Assembly: GCA_000004985.1 (NCBI GenBank)
Contig: GG738852.1
Reading direction: 5' to 3' (one strand)
DNA: 64,000 bases
Origin: Naegleria gruberi
Taxonomy: Eukaryota
In this document: positions 51,033-60,925 of the stretch, piece by piece
How the letters are laid out: every line of letters starts with the position of its first letter
Position numbering within the stretch: position 1 is the stretch's first letter
Notes under the pieces: generated by a model
Databases searched by the model: none
The model's input: only the letters and a program-made list of their open reading frames with translations
Told to the model about the DNA's origin: nothing
Made by a program: the position numbers and the translations under genes

Positions 51033-51717
51033 ATGTCAAAAGATCAACAACAGGAAGGATCAGCTCAACCACCATCGGATTTTTTCAAATATCTTCTCGG
51101 AAAATGGAAACGTAATTTAGAGTGGAGAGAATTTGGAGGAATTTGTATGTAATTGTCAAACATTGACGACAATGTTAAATAATTATTATTTATTGAAATG
51201 TTAAATATCTAACAATTTAAATAATATATTGGAATTAATCAAATTGGAATATAAATTAGATCAACACCTATCGACGAGTAATACATTTGTTCAATATGAA
51301 GAAAATTCAAAATATGAAAGTAGTTATGTATCGGATTTGTCAGCAGCAAATGCTGGAAATAGATATGCAAGATTTTCATTCGGAAATTCATTACACGATT
51401 TGAAATTTGCCTATGAAATGATTTTTAGCAATACTAGTACAACACCTTCATCTTCACCTCTATTTTCCAAGTCTAGTTTGAGTTCTCAACAACCAGAATG
51501 TCAAACATTCCAGTGGAAATATCTAGGAGTTGTGTGTAAGGGTGAATATTATTCATCACCTGGTGTGGCAACTTTTAACGTTGTTCTGCCAACAGCTTTT
51601 GTGACAACCACTTATAAAATTGTCGATCAAAATACCATGTCAGTAGTCATTGTAGAAGTTGACGAAAAACAGCAACCAACCATTCAGTATGGTAACATGT
51701 ACAGATTAACTCAATAA
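51033..51717 (+). CDS. Nitrobindin/THAP4-like (DUF1794 calycin) protein?, 2 exons approx join(51033..51144,51260..51717)
   Basis: The upstream ATG (AAAAAATGTC) encodes MSKDQQQEGSAQPPSDFFKYLLGKWKRNLEWREFGGI, and FLLGKW+GEG resembles nitrobindin. A ~115-nt intron (GTATGT...AAATTAG) joins in phase to the track ORF 51229.. (TTG start). The family call is weak. Confidence 0.3.
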
Positions 51718-51887
51718 ATTATTTATGAAATTTAAATGTATTTATTTGTAAGAGTGAAACTAGTAGGTTACTTAGGGTTTGAATGCATGTTCTGGAAATC
51801 ATTCGTTACCAGAAAGCTCGCATCAACACTCGATTTAATTGTTATAATTGTTGTTGTTGTTGGATAAATTTACACAAAGAGAGAAGC

Positions 51888-53204
51888 TTATTGTTGTTCA
51901 CGACCTCTCTTCTTTTGTTCAAAGACTTGCTTAATGCTTTCTGAAATCTTCAAGTGTTCTGGCTTGGAGAATTTGACAAGCAAGTAATTCTTATCAGCAG
52001 TCTTTCTACCACTTTCAAAGGTTGGTGTACTGCAGAAACATTTCATAAAGTAGTAAACTTGTTTAGCACATGGTAAAATATCATCTTCAGTCTTTCCAGA
52101 GTAATAGACCAAGTTGGAATTCCACTTGTCACCACCACATTTTCTGAGTGATCTGGCAACATAAATGGCAGCACAAGCAATGGTACTTGGTGTATAATTC
52201 AACATGGCTGTATCGTAGAGGGACATTTCAGCAACAAAGGTTGCAATTTGGACTTGAACATTATCAAAGTTACCACTACACTTCAAGTATCTCTTCAAAA
52301 AGACATAGACACTAGCAATAGTCAAGTTAAAGTCGAGAGTCTTCAAGATGAGTCTTTCCATAATGAGGATATCTTCCTTGGTATAGGCCTTACGAGTCAT
52401 CTTGATAAGATGAGAAGTATTGAGTGGTTTGATTTCTTCATACTTTGAAGCAATGAACAATGAGGTAATGGCAACCAAGTGAATCTTATCCAAAGCCATA
52501 TCTGGATGGGAGCTCAAGAATCTATCAAAAATGTTAACACAGAGATACATAGTTTCAGGTGAGAATTCATAATAACCATGAATGGTCATCAACCAATTGA
52601 TAGTCAACAATCTGGTTTGATCATTAAAGTTTGGATGTCTGGACATGTAGGTTGGATCCGGCAAATACTTGGACTCAATTGACTTGTAGTGAGCAAAAAT
52701 ATCCTTAACATATTCAGTACAGGCAAGTGAATTGTTAGTATCATTGGCATCAATCTTTGGACTCATCATCATGGATTCAGAGTTAGTCTTCCTCACTGGA
52801 GAGGTATATAAAGTTTCCTTTTGTGTCTTTTGATTAGTTTGCAAGACGACTGAATTATTAGTTGTAGTTGTGGTGGTTGATGGAGCAGTTGATCTAGCAC
52901 TCAATGGTTGCTTTTGAGTCATAAGACCAGTTGTAGTATTTTGAATGCTACTAGTCTTGATATTAGAAATATCACCCAAAGCACGTCTATTAGCAGCTGT
53001 ATTCATGGTTGAGGTTGGTGCTTGGAATTGCTTGGCAGAAAAGGCAGTCGATGTGGTTGTTGTCTGTTGACCATAGGAAACCAAATTTCTCTTATGACCA
53101 TCGATGGCCATATTATTCAAGGAGGTTGAGAGTTGATTCTCTGTATCAATCATCATGGAATTTTGATTGTACATATCGGATTGGAAAGTATTGGAGCCGA
53201 ACAT
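51888..53204 (-). CDS. cycB: B-type (mitotic) cyclin
   Basis: 438 aa from an ATG. The destruction box is NRRALGDISNIKT. The cyclin boxes are MRAILIDWL-type (RLLTINWLMTIHGYYEFSPETMYLCVNIFDRFLS...HLVAITSLFIASKYEEIKP). The N-terminus is S/T-rich. Confidence 0.8.
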   Translation of the reverse strand: MFGSNTFQSDMYNQNSMMIDTENQLSTSLNNMAIDGHKRNLVSYGQQTTTTSTAFSAKQFQAPTSTMNTAANRRALGDISNIKTSSIQNTTTGLMTQKQPLSARSTAPSTTTTTTNNSVVLQTNQKTQKETLYTSPVRKTNSESMMMSPKIDANDTNNSLACTEYVKDIFAHYKSIESKYLPDPTYMSRHPNFNDQTRLLTINWLMTIHGYYEFSPETMYLCVNIFDRFLSSHPDMALDKIHLVAITSLFIASKYEEIKPLNTSHLIKMTRKAYTKEDILIMERLILKTLDFNLTIASVYVFLKRYLKCSGNFDNVQVQIATFVAEMSLYDTAMLNYTPSTIACAAIYVARSLRKCGGDKWNSNLVYYSGKTEDDILPCAKQVYYFMKCFCSTPTFESGRKTADKNYLLVKFSKPEHLKISESIKQVFEQKKRGREQQ

Positions 53205-53645
53205 TTTAGGTTAGGAACAATGTATTCTTCTTGTTGATTATGTAATTTGTTGGCAACAATATTATCTACGGAAGATTGTTGTCGAGATAATTTTTTAAAG
53301 ATGATTTTTTGAAAATTTGGCTGTTATTTTGCTTTTAATTAATTTTTAAAAAATTTGTGTAACGGCTATGATTTCTCTTTTCGTTACAGATTGTTTACAA
53401 AACGTAACTGTTTTTGGATCCTATTTAGGCGAGTGCTTGGTGATTGAAGAAGATGATGAGAACCTTGTTGAAGTTGCACTAACGTCGTTATTCAAAGATG
53501 AAGATTTTATTAAATTGTCTTTTTTCACATTTTCAATTATTCTTGAAACCAGACGCTACGTGTCTTATCTTTGCACAGAGTAGTGCTTGAAATTTTACAT
53601 GTTTGATTTGATCTTTCTAATAGACTCGACTTGTAGAAACCTCAC

Positions 53646-54551
53646 TTAAACAAAAATCGAAGAGGGAGAGACTGGATGTGGTACTTGATTCTTGTGACTC
53701 ATTGTTTGGACATAGTGTTGGAAATCCTTCTCTTGTCTGGCTTCTCTCACCTTTTCATCAAAGGTGGTCTTGGTTTCAATTTGGGATGTAAAGGAAAGCT
53801 GCTGCAAGAGTTGTTCAATAATGTGGGATTGTTGGGAGGTATCCTCCATTGTTTCACAAGGTTCCATTTCAAAATATTGACACTGACTCTTAAAGTTTCT
53901 GCTCAATAGTGAGAATAATTGATTGTAAGCTGCTTGAAATTCCTCCTCAAATATTGCCTTGCTTTGGAATGAATCTATTGGTGGTGTCACTTTAAAATTG
54001 ATTGCAACAATGAGAATTGGTATCGAATGGAGGAATGCTAAAAATTTCAATTTGATTTCATAAAAATTCCAAATATTGTTTGATGAAACCTACAATTTTG
54101 TTTGACAATATTCAACAATGCCTCCAAACTGTAATGCAATGAAATATAATCCTTTCTATTAATGACATAGATCAATCCCTTGACTCCAATTAAATTCCTT
54201 CCCTTAAGTAGATTTTCCTTATCCATTTCTACAAAATCCAATTTTTTACCTTCCTTTAATTTAAATTGTTTGAAATCAGAAAAGTTCGGAATGGTCAAAT
54301 AATCCAAAATCTTTTCAATAAGAAATGTTTTTCCACTCATCTTTAATCCCGAAACCACTCTGATGATGTCATCAACATATTCCAATAAGATGTGTTGCCA
54401 TTATTCCATTTTCATTATTAACCGATTCATTTCCAATTTAAAAAACCTACATTTTCTCAACAATCATCCTACTCTTACTCTCTTGTTTAGGCAGTGTTGA
54501 AGAGGAAGATTTGTTTGGTGAATCCTTCTTCTTTGATGAATTTCCTCCCAT
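53646..54551 (-). CDS. Divergent Arf-like small GTPase (likely pseudo-GTPase) with N-myristoylation signal, 3 exons: complement(join(53646..54037,54094..54359,54451..54551)), ~252 aa
   Basis: Exon 1 encodes MGGNSSKKKDSPNK... (MGxxxS). A ~91-nt intron (GTAGGT..CATCAG) follows. Exon 2 has the P-loop IVVSGLKMSGKTFLIEKIL, FVEMDKENLLKG in place of WDVGGQ, and LIYVINRKD. A 56-nt intron (GTAGGT..TTTTTAG) follows. Exon 3 has PILIVAINFK in place of LVFANKQD and a ~100-aa C-terminal extension. Exon lengths sum to 759, a multiple of 3. Confidence 0.5.
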
Positions 54552-55037
54552 TTTTTTAATTGTAGAGAGGTTGGCTTCAACTGAGGTGTATAATTGTGGA
54601 GGGAAAGTTTGCGCATCAAGATGCAGTTATAATGCTCAATAAATAATACGAAATTCAGTTAATTAAAATTAATTGTATGATAATATGTCCAATCTCTAGA
54701 ATATGAATTTTATGAATTAATGGTGGGTGTCTATACGCTCAAATGATGATAATTTGCAAGAATACAAAAAGCCTCCGATATTAAGGCTTGCTCATTACAA
54801 AAATTTCTTCCCTCCAAGAATTTTTCTCTCTACAAACACACGAGCCTGTGTAAAGTTCTGCCTATCCTTAAAAAACCATACGAAATAAAAATAATCCACT
54901 GATTCGTATTGCAGCAGTAGTCAAGCTAAAATATTCGCCTTCTCTCGCTGCTCGCAATTTAAGGCTAATTTCATCATCAAGAAAATTAATTCTACCTAAT
55001 ATATTCACAACCACTAACAAGACCAACAACTATAAGG

Positions 55038-56588
55038 ATGGATACTACCGCATCAGACTCTGAAATAGCACATTCAATTATTAATCTTTCATCATCATCA
55101 GCATTAATTGGTTCTTCTAGCAGTCAAATAAGCGATCAACAAGCACTTCAAGACTTTTCCCTCTTCGTCCAGAGAACTGACCAGGAAACTGCATCAACTC
55201 TTCCTATCAATGATCATGAGAGTCCTGTTGAGGGTGAAAAACCTGCCCTTAGAAAGGGAAGACCAAGTAGAAAGAAGGGTAGACTCTACAAACAAACAGA
55301 AAACTTGGAAGACTTTCCAGAACCAATGCCAATTCCAACAGTAGGTTCATCACGAAGAGGTAAAAAGGTTAAGAGTCAATCTCCATCCTCTCCACCTTCC
55401 TATCAGCCTGTATTTTCACAAGCTGTTGTTTCACCTCCACCTTTCTTGCAACCTCCATCAAGCAGCAATCCACAATCAAGCCAATATCCACAACCTTATT
55501 CACCATATATACTTTCATCTCCACCATCATCATCAAAGAAAAGATCTAAATCCAATGCTTCTGACGATGAATATGAAGAAGGAAGAATTACCTTTTCCCA
55601 TACATTACCTCCACTTACTATTCCTCAAGTGAGAGTTCCTCCAGGAACACAACCTGTTTATATTGTTGTTCCAGTCCCAATGTATCATCCTCATCCAACA
55701 AACTATTCTCAACAGCAACAACAACAACAGCAACAGCAATATCAAGAACAAGATAATAGTAGTGATAGTGATTACCAAGCATCAATTATTGAAGATGAAA
55801 TTGAAGAAAGAACCCCTACCAAGAGAAATTATGAAAAGAAGAGAAAGATTGATGAAGAGGAAAAGATAGAAGAAATGAAGAGAAAGAGAATTGAAATTGA
55901 TGATAATAACGATTCTCTCTTTGATAGACTTGTTCCTGGTGAAGGTATTCTCTATAGAAGAAGAAGAAAGTTGAATACCAAGCATAAGGCTGATGAGGCT
56001 AATGGTTGTAGTGATAGAATGTACTCTCTCTTCCCAAAGATTTCAACATGTTGTGGAAAGACAAAGAGTTTAGCCTACAATGGATCTCAAGCAGGTAAAG
56101 GATACCATTACATTCTCAAATACAAACCAACTCAAGTAGAATCAGATAGATTCAATCAAATTATTAAGGATGGTGCTGATTTGTCACTCTTTGTTGAATC
56201 AAGTGATAGTACCAAGTCTCCATTTGCATGTTACTCAACTCTTGGAAAGAGAACTGATAATAGTCCACCAGTTATTGCTTTCCGTGGTGCATCTCAATAC
56301 TTGGAATGTTGCTTTAGAGTTGAAAAGGAAGGTGAAAAGAGACATGGAATTTCTGATTCTTCCAGCTATACTTTGGCTATCAAGTCTGGTGATGAAAAGA
56401 TTGTCTCCTCTCAACCATTCAAATTAATCTCCAAGGAAAAGCCAGAGGAACCATGTGGCAAAGCTCCAACTTGCATTAGAAATAGGCCAAAAATTGAAGA
56501 AACCAAGCTCAAAGTTGAAGAAACCAAGCCAAAAGCAGCTGATGAGCAATCAGCTCTTCAACCAAAACCTGAAGAGAAGCAACAATAA
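55038..56588 (+). CDS. Putative nuclear protein with AT-hook-like motif, poly-Q tract and Cys-containing C-terminal domain
   Basis: 516 aa from an ATG. It has KGRPSRKKGR (AT-hook-like), Pro/Ser-rich linkers, Q9 encoded by CAA/CAG, and KRKIDEEEKIEEMKRKR (NLS-like). The conserved-looking C-terminal domain is GILYRRRRKLN...CCGKTKSLAYNG...GYHYILKYKP...FACYSTLGKR...ECCFRVEKEG, of unknown type. Confidence 0.4.
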   Translation: MDTTASDSEIAHSIINLSSSSALIGSSSSQISDQQALQDFSLFVQRTDQETASTLPINDHESPVEGEKPALRKGRPSRKKGRLYKQTENLEDFPEPMPIPTVGSSRRGKKVKSQSPSSPPSYQPVFSQAVVSPPPFLQPPSSSNPQSSQYPQPYSPYILSSPPSSSKKRSKSNASDDEYEEGRITFSHTLPPLTIPQVRVPPGTQPVYIVVPVPMYHPHPTNYSQQQQQQQQQQYQEQDNSSDSDYQASIIEDEIEERTPTKRNYEKKRKIDEEEKIEEMKRKRIEIDDNNDSLFDRLVPGEGILYRRRRKLNTKHKADEANGCSDRMYSLFPKISTCCGKTKSLAYNGSQAGKGYHYILKYKPTQVESDRFNQIIKDGADLSLFVESSDSTKSPFACYSTLGKRTDNSPPVIAFRGASQYLECCFRVEKEGEKRHGISDSSSYTLAIKSGDEKIVSSQPFKLISKEKPEEPCGKAPTCIRNRPKIEETKLKVEETKPKAADEQSALQPKPEEKQQ

Positions 56589-57004
56589 TGTACAAATAAA
56601 TCAAACATGTAAAACAATAGTTGTGCTGATTTGTCACTCTTTGTGAAATGATGGCATTTAGCACCACTGAATATCTCACATTTTGTTGATACTGTTGTAG
56701 ATGAAGTATTCCTTCGAGATATCATCATTAATATTACCCATGTTGATTATTTTCATGATTCCTTTATGGAAACCGATAGAGTTTCGTTTTTCAACACAAG
56801 GTTTCTGTCCTGTCATTCATCATCCAATCAAACAAGAGAGTCAACAACAAACCACTGTTGAACCTTCATCATTCACACTATCATCCATAATGGTACCCTG
56901 AAAGTCATTCTAATTAGAGAAAATTACATTCACTAGCTTTTCGTATCGCTATTGGATTTTTCTGTTGAAAACGTTTTTTTTTTGAATTGAAAAATCAAAC
57001 AAAA

Positions 57005-59920
57005 ATGAGTGGTTTGCCCTCAACTTTAGAATCTCCCTCCAAAATTTCTTCAACAGAAGCTACTCCCTTCATCATGCAACAACAACAGGAACCAACAACA
57101 ACATTTTCAGTTACTACAACAACAACAACACCAGTGGACACTAATAGTGACGAGTATATAGATAACACTAATCCTAACCATACAATAATAGATCATCATT
57201 CTCTTTCGTCGGAATCAATGACAGAAAAAACACTTGTAAATAATTCTTTATTCTCCTCACCAGCATTGGTTACTAACGATGCAATTGATCATCATGATGA
57301 AAATAATAGTGATGGAATGACCAAATTAACTTCTCCACAAACTCCTCAACAACAATCACAACAACAACCAATATCATCATCGTCGGCGATGGAAACAGGT
57401 TCAGACAGTTCTTCTCCATGCTCCTCTCCAACAAGTCCAACCATGATGATCACCGATACGAGCCCACCAACAAGTCCTACCGATAATCTTCTTCAAAGTA
57501 ATATTAAGAGAAAGAAATCAGTAACATTTCATCCGAAAATTGTTACCTCTTCGAGACTTCTCTCTCCAGCAACACCACACATCCAAGATGAAGAAACTGA
57601 TGATGCAGTAACAACTCCAGAAAATGATCCATCCAATCATGGCACTAATTCATCAATCTTTTTCAAACATCCATTCTGGTTAGTGAATGCATTTCAAAAA
57701 TCTTGGAGAGCCAAATTACAGGACATGGATGAAGAGGATGAAAATTCTCCCAATTCTCTCACATTGGAGAAGGTTATGAGTCGTTCCATTGATATTGAAA
57801 GCCCTATTTGGTACTTTATTCCAAAGAAATTAATTACCAAATACTCCTCATCACCATTGAATGAAAAACTTGTTGCCGATTCACAAACTACCATCATTGA
57901 TTCGTATGATATTGAGGAGAGTGTACTGGATCCTAAATATGAAGTCTACTTTAATTATTGGGCTCAATTGAGGGATACACTATTCTTAAAGCTGAGGAAG
58001 GAAAATAGGAAAAAGTCTGAAAAGAATTCTTCAAATATTCAATTGTGGCATGGATATCATAATGCTGCCATTCTTTCATTCTTTATTGAGACACAGAGAG
58101 AAAGTTTATGTGATTTGCAGAAGGCTATTCACTTTCGTATTTTTGACCTCTTATTTGAATCAATAGCTCAAAATACAGCTGAAAAGGAGGATAATGTTAC
58201 AGTTATTTCAGATCAAGAATTAACATTGATGAAAACAGTTTGTTTTCTCTATATAGAAACCGACCATTTATTCCATGCTTCGAGTGTGCTCTACCATATT
58301 ATTAGAAATTACTGTTTCACTCCAGAGATTTATCAGAAACTTGTTCAGAAATGGAATAAGGCTTCTGGTACCTCTTCTTCACCTAGTAGTAGTACTGCTA
58401 ATGGCAATAACGAAAACAAGGCCGAGGCTTTCCCTGCTGTCAATATGGACTGGAAGGTCATTTATTTGGTCCTTCGACTAATTTCAAAATATATCGAACA
58501 CAAACAAAATAACTCACAAAGAGAAAATTTCACTTCCCTTTCTCAATATGAAGAATATTGTAAGGTTGGAAAAGGATTTTCTCAACTTTCCATAGATGAT
58601 TTGACTTTCTTCAGAAGTGCAATCATTGAAATAATATGTAAATTCAAGCCAAATCATGATCTCTATAGTTTATGGAAAGGAAAATGGGAAATTCCAGAAA
58701 GTGCTGCTGCTATGAACCCATTAAAGTTTCCAAAACTCGAATCTGAGCAAGAAATCTTGGAAAATTGCTTTTACATTTTACATTTGGTTATTTCCAAAGA
58801 ACGAGAAAGAATGGTCTCTGAAAAGGAATCTCCAGCCACAAATCTGGAAAAGGATTCCATTAAGGATTTCATTCGTGGAAAACCATCAGAAAACAAATCA
58901 TCACTAACTCTAATGGGGCGATTACGAAATTGGTTACACAACCTCAAATCATCATTGAGGAGAACTAATTGGCGTCGTTTGATCATGTACATTGCTGGAA
59001 TTGTTGGAATTGGTATTATAACCAAGATGATTTACCAATTCTTCTCTCCTAGAAGTACTTTCATTGATGAGAGGAATGATTTTAGTTTGAGTAGGAATGA
59101 ATTACATCTTCCTTACTTGACCAATACAACCAGCCAAACTTTCTTACCATCTCCATCACTGCATCAAAGAACTGATTTTGCAGATACTAACAACTTTGGC
59201 TTACCTAAAACCCTCGGAGGTCAAGTCACCAAATCGACAACATCATCAATTATTCCACCACCTATTTCAACACTTGGAACTAATAGCAAGCAACATCCTG
59301 AAAATCTCAATCTCTCCAAAGATAATATTCAAACCATTTTAAAGCCAAGTACATTCAAAGAAGATTTTTACAAAAAGATTGAGTCACCAAATAAGCAACC
59401 AACTGATATTATTGTTGAAAGAGATTTCAATTATATTACCTCATTGAGAAATGAAATGGATCACGTATTTGATGTTACAGAAAGGATGAAAAAGCCAACT
59501 CAACCAAACAAAGTGGAACAACCAAGTAGTACAAACAAGAAACCAATTGTTACCTTCCAGGTAGGCGAGCAACATGATAGAATAGACGATGATGATCTTT
59601 CTCTATCTCATAATAAGAAGCAATCTTCAACAAAACTTTCGCACGACGAGGATCCATCAAACTACACACCAAAGAGTATTGGAGATGAGCTTCCTCCATT
59701 CACTGGAGGTACAAATTCTAATTTGGCTTCCTTTATTGGAACAGAACAACCAGTTCTTACTAACAAGGCAGCAGCCACTGCCAATAACAGACTCAACAAC
59801 CTTAACAGAACTGTCAATGCAACTGCCAACAGAGTGCCAAGACAAACACCAAGAAAGACAACAAATACACCAAATACCACTGGACCAAAGGTGTTCGGCA
59901 AAAGAAAGCAAAACTTGTGA
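57005..59920 (+). CDS. Large hypothetical protein with S/T/N/Q-rich regions and C-terminal-proximal TM segment
   Basis: The first ATG (AAAAATGAGTGG) lies 18 nt inside the TTG track start. The ORF gives ~972 aa. A conserved-looking central region lies at ~aa 330-600. One TM is LIMYIAGIVGIGIITKMIY. The C-terminus is Thr/Asn-rich. Confidence 0.4.
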   Translation: MSGLPSTLESPSKISSTEATPFIMQQQQEPTTTFSVTTTTTTPVDTNSDEYIDNTNPNHTIIDHHSLSSESMTEKTLVNNSLFSSPALVTNDAIDHHDENNSDGMTKLTSPQTPQQQSQQQPISSSSAMETGSDSSSPCSSPTSPTMMITDTSPPTSPTDNLLQSNIKRKKSVTFHPKIVTSSRLLSPATPHIQDEETDDAVTTPENDPSNHGTNSSIFFKHPFWLVNAFQKSWRAKLQDMDEEDENSPNSLTLEKVMSRSIDIESPIWYFIPKKLITKYSSSPLNEKLVADSQTTIIDSYDIEESVLDPKYEVYFNYWAQLRDTLFLKLRKENRKKSEKNSSNIQLWHGYHNAAILSFFIETQRESLCDLQKAIHFRIFDLLFESIAQNTAEKEDNVTVISDQELTLMKTVCFLYIETDHLFHASSVLYHIIRNYCFTPEIYQKLVQKWNKASGTSSSPSSSTANGNNENKAEAFPAVNMDWKVIYLVLRLISKYIEHKQNNSQRENFTSLSQYEEYCKVGKGFSQLSIDDLTFFRSAIIEIICKFKPNHDLYSLWKGKWEIPESAAAMNPLKFPKLESEQEILENCFYILHLVISKERERMVSEKESPATNLEKDSIKDFIRGKPSENKSSLTLMGRLRNWLHNLKSSLRRTNWRRLIMYIAGIVGIGIITKMIYQFFSPRSTFIDERNDFSLSRNELHLPYLTNTTSQTFLPSPSLHQRTDFADTNNFGLPKTLGGQVTKSTTSSIIPPPISTLGTNSKQHPENLNLSKDNIQTILKPSTFKEDFYKKIESPNKQPTDIIVERDFNYITSLRNEMDHVFDVTERMKKPTQPNKVEQPSSTNKKPIVTFQVGEQHDRIDDDDLSLSHNKKQSSTKLSHDEDPSNYTPKSIGDELPPFTGGTNSNLASFIGTEQPVLTNKAAATANNRLNNLNRTVNATANRVPRQTPRKTTNTPNTTGPKVFGKRKQNL

Positions 59921-59933
59921 GAATAAATATTTT

Positions 59934-60823
59934 TTAATTTGCCTTGTAGAGAATTTCATAATGACCTGGTCTGAAGAGGAGGTGAATAATTGGTTCTTCA
60001 CTTGAACCATCTTCAGGAATGGTATAACCAAATATTGATACATCAGATCTTGTTTGAGCATCCAAAACTTCAATTCTAACCTTAACTCCAAATGCTGCTG
60101 CGAGGGCAGTAATATGAATGTTGTCACTGTCCTTTCCCATAATTTCAATTTCTCTCGAACAGAAATCTTTTGCAGTAGCATATTGATCCAAAAAGAATGG
60201 TAAAAAGTCATCAGAGTTCAATTGAATATAACAAGAAAGCAAAAATCTGAAAAAGCAAATGAGAGCATCTGATTCCATCATGGTATCAGGTGTCTTGTCA
60301 CTGAAATAGTTCTCAATAAGAGTATTCACATCAGCAATAGATCCATCCCTTACTAGCTCAAATACTCTCTTGGTTGATTCATAGAAATCTTCAAGACAAT
60401 ACTCTGGATATTTCAAATCATTAATCAATGCATGATAATACTTGTCAATACGTGAAATTATACTTTTTGTCAATTCAGGATTTTTCTGATCAATCAAATA
60501 TTCCAGCAATTCAAACACAAATCCTCTCAAGAAACAATTGCCATCACCTCTAATTCCTCTAATCTTTTTATATTCCTTCATAAATGAAGATTTTTTAATC
60601 TTTTCCTGAACACTTTGATCATGCATGTTGTATGACAATGTTTCAACAGTTAAATTTGAAGCTTCCGGATCAACGATCGGATACTTTTTAATTTCACTCT
60701 CGATATTCTTTTGTTGATTTTCGAATTGTTCATAAGAATAACCAGCAGCTGCAGCAGAGGAACTACACCATTATTATTTTGAGAATTACCAGTGGCGGCA
60801 GCAGGTGGTAGATGTTGACTCAT
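59934..60823 (-). CDS. otub1: Ubiquitin thioesterase OTUB1 (otubain), 2 exons: complement(join(59934..60748,60790..60823)), ~282 aa
   Basis: The OTU core has the catalytic GDGNCFLRGF and ...RPGHYEILYK*. The N-terminal region AAGYSYEQFENQQKNIESEIKKYPIVDPEASNL is collinear with human OTUB1 LAYDEAIMAQQDRIQQEIAVQNPLVSERLEL but has no ATG in that frame. An upstream ATG (MSQHLPPAAAT) joins through a 41-nt intron (GTAATT...CTGCAG) in phase. Exon lengths sum to 849, a multiple of 3. Confidence 0.7.
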
Positions 60824-60925
60824 TTTTTCTTCTATTATTAGAAGAGGTGAAACTTTACAATAATGAAATGTTCCACAAAATCCAATTCAATTCATTCAGC
60901 AACAATGATCAGTGGAGAAGAAAAT

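Noticed and set aside
60700-60760. 27-nt intron (GTAATT...GGTGTAG) or a sequencing frameshift as the explanation of the OTUB1 frame change
   Set aside because: 27 nt is below the plausible U2 intron size and gives the wrong phase. The 41-nt GTAATT...CTGCAG intron restores the frame exactly, and its size matches other introns in the window.
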